Shown here in pieces: positions 57,749-64,000 of a stretch of DNA of 64,000 nucleotides (positions are counted from its first letter, which is position 1; every line of letters begins with the position of its first letter). This stretch comes from an uncultured Bacilli bacterium (lineage in GTDB: Bacteria; Bacillota_I; Bacilli_A; RF39; UBA660). The DNA is taken from assembly GCA_944331895.1 (NCBI GenBank), contig CALVIX010000005.1, forward strand, positions 42,214-106,213. The letters run 5' to 3'. The notes beneath the pieces are model-generated. The model was not told the DNA's origin and ran no database searches. It was given only the letters and a program-made list of their open reading frames with translations. The translations under genes were made by a program, and so were the position numbers.

Positions 57749-57976
57749 TTATTCTCCTTTTTTCGGTACGGGGTCGTATCCACTAGTACCCCATGGGTTA
57801 CATTTTAAAATTCTTTTGATTGCCAGTAAACTTCCTTTCCGTGCTCCATAAACTTGAATTGCTTCTTTTGCGTAATTAGAGCAAGTAGGAATGTGTCTGC
57901 AACTGAAATGGAATCTACCTGGTATTTTTTGATATAAATCAATTCCATAAAGTAAGATATTTTTCATACGCATCAC
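57749..57976 (-). CDS. yidD: membrane protein insertion efficiency factor YidD
   Basis: YQK..S.....[15 protein letters not shown]...G..KG..L...RILKCNPW...GYDPVP. Confidence 0.85.
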   Translation of the reverse strand: MMRMKNILLYGIDLYQKIPGRFHFSCRHIPTCSNYAKEAIQVYGARKGSLLAIKRILKCNPWGTSGYDPVPKKGE

Positions 57977-57982
57977 ATAACT

Positions 57983-58011
57983 ATTATACTAAAAAGGATC
58001 GTCGTTGTAAA
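57983..58011 (-). promoter_or_regulatory. promoter of the yidD-lipoprotein operon
   Basis: On the minus strand: TTTACA, 17-nt spacer, TATAAT. The -10 ends only about 7 nt before the first start codons, so the mRNA would be nearly leaderless. Confidence 0.55.
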
Positions 58012-58213
58012 TGTTCCTTCTTTGTTTTTTATATCATCTAGAAGCAATTTAAAAAATATGGTAGAATGTTATCGGATGTGAAAATAGGAATGATCGGTTG
58101 ATAAAAATCGAGATGGATTTATCATTCAAATTTATACTTCTCACATTTAGTTCATATATTTGGTATCAATAAAATCATACATATGAGAAGTATTAGAAAA
58201 GGACGTTGTAACT

Positions 58214-58242
58214 TAGACAAAAAGAATAGAATATGATAGAAT
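58214..58242 (+). promoter_or_regulatory. proximal rnc promoter
   Basis: TAGACA, 17-nt spacer with TGa, TAGAAT. A second extended -10 (TGgTAGAAT) lies at 58059-58067. Confidence 0.5.
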
Positions 58243-58257
58243 GGGTACGGTGATCTT

Positions 58258-58959
58258 ATGAAGATATTAGATAAATTAAAGATAAAAACAGATAATGAAC
58301 AGCTTTATCGAACAGCATTTACGCATACTTCTTATGCGAATGAAGAAAATGTCGAGAGTTATGAAAGGCTTGAATATTTAGGAGATGCGGTGTTGGAAGT
58401 TATTATGAGTGAATATTTATACTTACATACTTCCTATGAAGAAGGTGTCATGACGAAGATGAGGAGTCAGTATGTATGTGAGAATGCTTTATATGAATAT
58501 TCACTTCGCCTTGGATTGAACGAGGAACTTCTCCTGGGTAAGGGAGAGTTAGAACATGGAGGTAAGTATCGCAAAGCGATCGTCGCTGATATATTTGAAG
58601 CGTTTACGGGTGCGTTATATTTAGATCAGGGATTAGAAGTTGCAAAAAAATTTATCTATGATACGGTCGTACCGATGATCGAAGATGAAAAAATTGATTT
58701 TTTCGATGATTATAAATCATTGTTACAAGAGCAAGTACAGACGACAAAGAAGAGTTTACAATATCAAATCGTCAACGAAGAAGGACCTGCCCACAATAAG
58801 ATATTTACAGTCATAGTTAAGATCGACGGAATTACTTATGGTCGTGGAACTGCACACAGCAAAAAAGAAGCAGAGCAGGAAGCTGCACGAGATGCGCTTA
58901 AAAAAAGTGTTGCGAAAGTAGAAGTAAACAGTTGTCAAACAGATGAAAAGATAGTATGA
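58258..58959 (+). CDS. rnc: ribonuclease III
   Basis: ERLEYLGDAVLE signature and C-terminal dsRBD (GPAHNKIFTV...SKKEAEQEAA). Confidence 0.9.
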   Translation: MKILDKLKIKTDNEQLYRTAFTHTSYANEENVESYERLEYLGDAVLEVIMSEYLYLHTSYEEGVMTKMRSQYVCENALYEYSLRLGLNEELLLGKGELEHGGKYRKAIVADIFEAFTGALYLDQGLEVAKKFIYDTVVPMIEDEKIDFFDDYKSLLQEQVQTTKKSLQYQIVNEEGPAHNKIFTVIVKIDGITYGRGTAHSKKEAEQEAARDALKKSVAKVEVNSCQTDEKIV

Positions 58960-58985
58960 TAATATGGGACTAGGAGGTGTACAAC

Positions 58986-59702
58986 ATGGGAAGAGCATAC
59001 GAAGTAAGAAAGGCAAGTATCCAAAAAACTGGTGCTGCTAAGGCGAAATTATACTCTATGTACGCACGTGAAATTTATCAGGCAGCCAAGAATGGTGGTA
59101 CGGAAGAAGCGAGTAACGCGGTATTAAAACGTTTGGTAGAAAGAGCAAAGAAGGAGCAAGTTCCATCTGATATTATCAAACGTGCAATCGACAAGGTAAA
59201 TAGTGGTGTCGATGAGAGTTATACGAGTGCTAGATATGAATTATTTGGACCGAGTGGTTCTACGTTGATCGTAGATTGTTTGACGGACAATGTCAACCGA
59301 AGTGTATCAAATTTACGTGCTGCAATCAATAAAACGTCTGCTAAGATGGGAGCGATTGGAAGTGTCGCATACATGTATGACCATCTATGTATGGTTGGCG
59401 TTAAAGGCATGAATGAAGAAGAAGTGATGGATGCATTGATTGCTGCTGATATCGATGTAGAGGATATCGAAGTAGAAGGTGACGAAATCATCATCTATGG
59501 GAATCCATCTGATTTGTATGCTATTAAAGAGGCAATTACGAAGGCAAAACCTGGAATTGAGATTGCTTTAGATGAAATAGCAATGTTGCCAAAGGATAAA
59601 GTTGTATTACAAGGTGACGATTTGGCAGACTTTAATAAATTACTTACTTTATTAGACGATATTGAAGATGTACAACATGTATATCATAACGTAGAGAAAT
59701 AA
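58986..59702 (+). CDS. YebC/PmpR-family regulator
   Basis: Start at MGRAYEVRKA, 6 nt after GGAGGTG. Family-typical three-domain layout. Confidence 0.8.
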   Translation: MGRAYEVRKASIQKTGAAKAKLYSMYAREIYQAAKNGGTEEASNAVLKRLVERAKKEQVPSDIIKRAIDKVNSGVDESYTSARYELFGPSGSTLIVDCLTDNVNRSVSNLRAAINKTSAKMGAIGSVAYMYDHLCMVGVKGMNEEEVMDALIAADIDVEDIEVEGDEIIIYGNPSDLYAIKEAITKAKPGIEIALDEIAMLPKDKVVLQGDDLADFNKLLTLLDDIEDVQHVYHNVEK

Positions 59703-59799
59703 GGTTTGGTAAAAGTTTCCATTTCGAACTTTTCATGCAAAACTTATGGACGAAAGTAAAAAAAAATGGTATACTGACAATAGCGATGGAGGTAGTAAT

Positions 59800-60033
59800 A
59801 TGTATCGTAAGTTAAAAGAATTGAGAAAAAAGAAAAAATATACAACACAAATTATGGCAGAAAGACTTGGGATTAGTAAACCATTCTATTGTCAAATTGA
59901 AAATGGAACGAGAAGGCTTTCTTATCGTATGGCGGTAAAAATTGCCGACATATTTAACAAAAAACCAGATACTTTATTCTATGAAGATCAAAGAGAACTT
60001 TTAGAAGAAGAGTTAAAAGAAGACGAAAAATAA
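59800..60033 (+). CDS. XRE-family HTH regulator (77 aa)
   Basis: Start at MYRKLKELR behind GGAGGT. TQIMAERLGISKPFYCQIENGTRRLS HTH_3 motif. Confidence 0.75.
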   Translation: MYRKLKELRKKKKYTTQIMAERLGISKPFYCQIENGTRRLSYRMAVKIADIFNKKPDTLFYEDQRELLEEELKEDEK

Positions 60034-60090
60034 AATTTCGTCTTTTTCATTTATTTTATTTGTGGTAAACTAATTTAAAGAGGTGAGGTT

Positions 60091-61380
60091 ATGGCGAGTA
60101 CGAGTTTATTACCTGCGGATACATATATCGTAGCAAATCAGACGATTTTAAACGATCAAGATCGTAAATTACTGATAACACTTTATCAGCCAATTATCGG
60201 AACCTCAGCGATTAGTTTATATTTTACTTTATGGTCTTATTTGGATAAATTAGAAATTTGTTCTTGCGAATGGACTCATCATCATTTGATGACAAATATG
60301 GGGTGTCGTCTTTCCGAGATTATGGAAGCACGTGAAAAGTTGGAGGCAATTGGTCTTTTGAAGACTTATGTGAAAAAGGATTCTGTCAATCATTATGTCT
60401 ATCAATTATATTCCCCTTTATCTCCGGCGGAATTTTTCAATAATCCAATTTTGAGTACGACGTTATATAATAATGTAGGAATGAAAGAATATGATAAGAT
60501 TGTAGAATATTTCAAAGTTCCTAAATTAAATTTAAAAGAGTATGAAGATGTTACGCATTTATTTAGCGATGTATTCGAATCTGTCACGTCAAGTCCGATG
60601 GATCATCTGGTAGCCGACATTAAAAAAAGAAATAAGCGAAATCTAGATTTTATTGCTAAGATAGATTTGCCGAGTATTCTCTCTATGATTCCAGACGAGG
60701 TGTTGAATCCTAGAAGTATTACAAAAGATACGAAGGATTTATTATATAAACTATCTTTTATCTATGACTTGTCCGATGAAGAGATGAGCGATTTGATTCG
60801 AAATTCAATCAGCGAGAAACATACGATCGATAAGCAATTGATTCGTAAAAATGCACGAAAATATTATCAATTTGAAAACGATGGTAAGTTGCCGAGTTTC
60901 GTCTATAAAACACAACCGGAATATTTACGAAAACCTGTTGGAGATACGTCGAACAAAGCCAAGATCATCTATCAGTTCGAAACTGTAACTCCTTATGATT
61001 TTTTATGTCGTAAAAATCACGGGGCGCGCCCAAGCAAGACGGATTTGGCTACCCTTGAATATTTAATGGTCGACATGGGGTTAAAACCAGGGGTCGTCAA
61101 TGTACTTGTCGATTATGTTTTGAAGATCAATCAAAATAAGCTAACGAAATCTTTTATGATTGCGATTGCAACACAGTGGGTACGTAGTCATGTTGAAACA
61201 GTAGAAGATGCGATGGCGATCGCACAGAAGGAACAACGCAACAAAAAAACGCTTACGAAAAAAACGAATGCGAAAAAGGTAACCGAAAAACCAGTGTGGT
61301 TTGATGAAACGATCGAAAAATCAAGCTTGAGTACGGAAGAAGAACAAGAGATGAAAGAAATTTTAATGCAGTATAAGTAG
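60091..61380 (+). CDS. dnaB: replication initiation and membrane attachment protein DnaB (Firmicute type, DnaD-like domains)
   Basis: N-terminal Q.DR.LIT.LYQPIIG..A.SLY.TLW as in B. subtilis DnaB. Followed by dnaI. Confidence 0.8.
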   Translation: MASTSLLPADTYIVANQTILNDQDRKLLITLYQPIIGTSAISLYFTLWSYLDKLEICSCEWTHHHLMTNMGCRLSEIMEAREKLEAIGLLKTYVKKDSVNHYVYQLYSPLSPAEFFNNPILSTTLYNNVGMKEYDKIVEYFKVPKLNLKEYEDVTHLFSDVFESVTSSPMDHLVADIKKRNKRNLDFIAKIDLPSILSMIPDEVLNPRSITKDTKDLLYKLSFIYDLSDEEMSDLIRNSISEKHTIDKQLIRKNARKYYQFENDGKLPSFVYKTQPEYLRKPVGDTSNKAKIIYQFETVTPYDFLCRKNHGARPSKTDLATLEYLMVDMGLKPGVVNVLVDYVLKINQNKLTKSFMIAIATQWVRSHVETVEDAMAIAQKEQRNKKTLTKKTNAKKVTEKPVWFDETIEKSSLSTEEEQEMKEILMQYK

Positions 61381-61388
61381 GTGAAAAT

Positions 61389-62306
61389 ATGAAGACAGTA
61401 AAGGAAAGTTTAAAGAGTGCTGGATTTCACAATATGGATAATGTGCTTTTAAATGAGTTTCAAAGCGCTTGTAAAGATCCATATTTTAAGAAACTCGTAA
61501 CAGCATTAAAGATGGATCCGCATGTACTTATGAAGTATACTTCTTCTTTGGAAGATAGTGCGCGAGAGTGTCGAAATTGCGATGGTTGCAAGGGTTTAAT
61601 CGAGTGTAAAAACCAGGTGGAAGGATATCGCTATCTACCAAAAAGTAAAGGTGACATCCTCGAATTTGACTACCGGGCATGTCCATTTCAAGAAAAGAGA
61701 AGAAAAGAAGATATGTGTCTTCAAAATATCGAGACGTTTGGCATTTCTAGCGATATTCGAGCTGCCAAGATGAAAGATATCTATGGAGATGACAAAAACA
61801 GGTTACCTATTATGAAGTGGATGAATCATTTTATCAAAAACTACAAGAAAGATCCTCATCAAAAAGGACTTTACTTACATGGAAGTTTCGGTAGTGGAAA
61901 ATCTTATTTGATTGCTGCGATGTTTCACGAATTAGCAAAGCAAAATGTCAAAAGTGTGATTGTATTTTGGCCGGAATTTTTAAGGGAATTAAAGAGTTCT
62001 TTTGGAGCTGATTTTAAAGATAAATTCCACATTGTTCAATCCGCACCATTATTACTTATCGATGATATTGGAGCTGAAAGCACAACAGTATGGGGAAGAG
62101 ATGAAATTTTATGTACGATACTGCAGTATCGTATGCAGGAAAAATTACCGACGTTTTTTACATCTAATTTAGATCTCGCTTTATTGGAAGCTCATTTGAG
62201 TGTGAGTAAAGAAAAGATAGATGAGGTAAAAGCACGTCGGATTATGAAAAGAATAGAACAGTTAACAGATACGTTGGAGTTGGTAAGTGTCAATTTGAGG
62301 AAGTAG
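61389..62306 (+). CDS. dnaI: primosomal helicase loader DnaI
   Basis: N-terminal Cys cluster (CRNCDGC..C), GSFGSGKSYL Walker A, LLIDDIG Walker B. Confidence 0.85.
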   Translation: MKTVKESLKSAGFHNMDNVLLNEFQSACKDPYFKKLVTALKMDPHVLMKYTSSLEDSARECRNCDGCKGLIECKNQVEGYRYLPKSKGDILEFDYRACPFQEKRRKEDMCLQNIETFGISSDIRAAKMKDIYGDDKNRLPIMKWMNHFIKNYKKDPHQKGLYLHGSFGSGKSYLIAAMFHELAKQNVKSVIVFWPEFLRELKSSFGADFKDKFHIVQSAPLLLIDDIGAESTTVWGRDEILCTILQYRMQEKLPTFFTSNLDLALLEAHLSVSKEKIDEVKARRIMKRIEQLTDTLELVSVNLRK

Positions 62307-62316
62307 GGAAGTTACA

Positions 62317-64000
62317 TGGATGAAGTATATGAAATGTATCAGTGGAAGCATTGGATGAATGAACATAAATTCTCAAGTTTAGATGAGTTACTACAAAAAT
62401 CACCTGTTTCTTACGAGACGATTCTGTCTTACGGAAAGGAGATTTTCTTTCTCGAACAATATGACTTAGATCGCTCTTTCAAAGAATGCCCTATCTATTG
62501 GGAGAATTTGCAACAAATCTCATTTGAAAGCGTCGAGCCTAAATTAGAAGATGCGAAGAAAAAATGGATTCTCTTTCGCGATTATGGGCGTATTTTGACG
62601 ATGGATGATATGATTGAAATGGTAAAAAACGAACATGAGCGAAAAGAGTTGATTTCACTTTTGAAAAAAGAACCGTCACTATTATATACGCAAAAAGATG
62701 GTGAGACTTTTTTGGAACACATTATAACAGAGTATATTTCTTCGCTCAAAAGCGGTCGTTTAGATTTAGAACATATTTATTTAAAAAATATGATTAAAGC
62801 ATTTATAGAGATATTTGCAGATCATACGATGCAAATACCACGTTATTTCTTAACTAACTTGTGGACAGCTAAGAAGAGATTTCAACGTCGTGGAAATACG
62901 ATCCGCATAAATGGAAAAAATGAACCGGTATACGAACTATATCGCGAAATGAAAACTTCATGTGAGTACCTGACTTCTCTTTTTCAGTTGATCGAACATT
63001 ATCAGCTTTCCGAACGTTGGAAACAAGAAGAATTACAAAATTATTTATCTTCGCTGGAAATGAATGATCCATCATCTTGTGAAGAGAGTGATATTCTTAC
63101 GGTAGATGCTCATAAAGAGTATTTATTAGATGATGCTTTTTCTCTGTGTGTAAACGATAAAAACGAGACGGTTCTGCGTGTTTACATTGCTGATATGACA
63201 CCGTATCTAAAGAGGTCTTATAGGCTTTTAAAACACTCTTTAGAGCAGAATCGAACGATCTATTTACAGAATAAAGAAAATAAATTGACTTTTCCTCTTT
63301 TGCCTGTCGATTTTTGCGAGGAACATGTGTCGTTGAGAGAAAATCAAAAAAGAGCTGTTTTATGTGCATCATTTACATTTGATCGAGAGGCAAATTTAAA
63401 AGATGTCACATACACTCAAAAACAAATTAGAGTTGCTAAAAATTTGACGATCGATGAAGCAAATACGATATTAGAGCAGGGTGGAGAATATCAAGATATC
63501 TTAAAACAGGCGGCTACCTTGTCGGAGAAGTTAGAAAGAAAACATGAGGAAAGAAACATATATCAAGAGAGATATTCTGCCTCTAAAAAAGAAACGTTAG
63601 TTCCGCAAAAATTTATCAGCGAATTTGCGGTATACGTAAATTCGACGGTGGCAGAGTCTATGCGAGTGTGTCTTTATCAAAATAGTACGGATCTTTATAG
63701 TTCAAAAACAGTTCGCCCAAATATCAGAAGAGAAAGAGACCATTTTTATGTTTCTGAAAAACCATCAGAAAATAGAGGGGTGCAGTTGCAAAAGTATGCG
63801 ACAGTTACTAATCCTATGAGGAATACAATTTCGATGATTTCATCTTATTTATTAAAAGAGCAACTGATCGATCATTGCGATAAAGATAAATTAGCTTTTT
63901 ATCGCGAAATACTCCCTTATTTTGCTTCTCATTTAAATATGTCGCGAAAAAAGGAAGATGATATTAAGACACACTATCGAAAAATCATGTATCATACTTC
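62317..64000 (+). CDS. divergent RNB-domain (RNase II/R-like) protein, 5' part (runs off the window)
   Basis: Open frame from ATG 62317 to the window end (more than 560 codons), absent from the ORF track. ILTVDAHKEYLLDDAFSL, LRVYIADMTPYL, RTIYLQNKE..FPLLP...VSL and YATVTNPMRN align with RNB motifs I-IV. No cold-shock or S1 domain seen in the N-terminal 240 aa. Confidence 0.65.

Noticed and set aside
1-64000. Search for tRNA, rRNA, CRISPR arrays, transposases, integrases, phage genes and toxin-antitoxin pairs
   Set aside because: No cloverleaf-capable or rRNA-like segments, no spaced direct-repeat arrays and no recombinase-like ORFs were seen. The only significant non-coding direct repeat is the duplicated terminator at 43895/47386. 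The XRE gene at 59800 has no toxin partner.

Overview
AT-rich (about one-third GC by eye, not computed) chromosomal segment of a spore-forming low-GC Firmicute. Lineage cannot be fixed without a search. Gene order follows the Bacillus core blocks: rlmN-prpC-prkC-rsgA-rpe; ruvAB-miaA; rpsT/gpr-spoIIP-yqxA-lepA; ylbD-ylbE-rsmD; rpsU-yqeY; rpsB-tsf; uvrC; mutL; proS; radC-mreCD-spoIVFA/FB-rplU-prp-rpmA-obg; rnc; dnaB-dnaI. I saw no rRNA, tRNA, CRISPR array, transposase or integrase. Several accessory or unusual pieces sit in this backbone. (1) A compact double-glycine two-peptide bacteriocin locus at 21.9-24.8 kb: a C39-ABC exporter, a small membrane protein and two leader peptides, the second missing from the ORF track. 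(2) A 3.5-kb cassette inserted between rpmA and obg, flanked by a duplicated ~30-nt terminator. It encodes a Sec-secreted small protein, three ABC-2-like permeases and a LanF-like E-loop ATPase. (3) Two orphan modular type IV pilin-like proteins with canonical G|FTL-E prepilin signals fused to Ig-like modules, one of 767 aa with a Cys-rich tandem repeat and an SH3b-like tail. (4) Homology running upstream of the first canonical start codon in three genes, each pointing to an ATT start. (5) A protein built of three SpoIIID-like HTH repeats. (6) An isolated RnfC plus RnfD-RnfG-like fusion pair. (7) Ribosomal protein S2 with a 117-aa basic tail ending in a Rho_N/SAP-like motif. (8) A divergent RNB-domain ORF running off the 3' edge. 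All functional calls rest on motifs read by eye and on remembered family knowledge. No database search was run.
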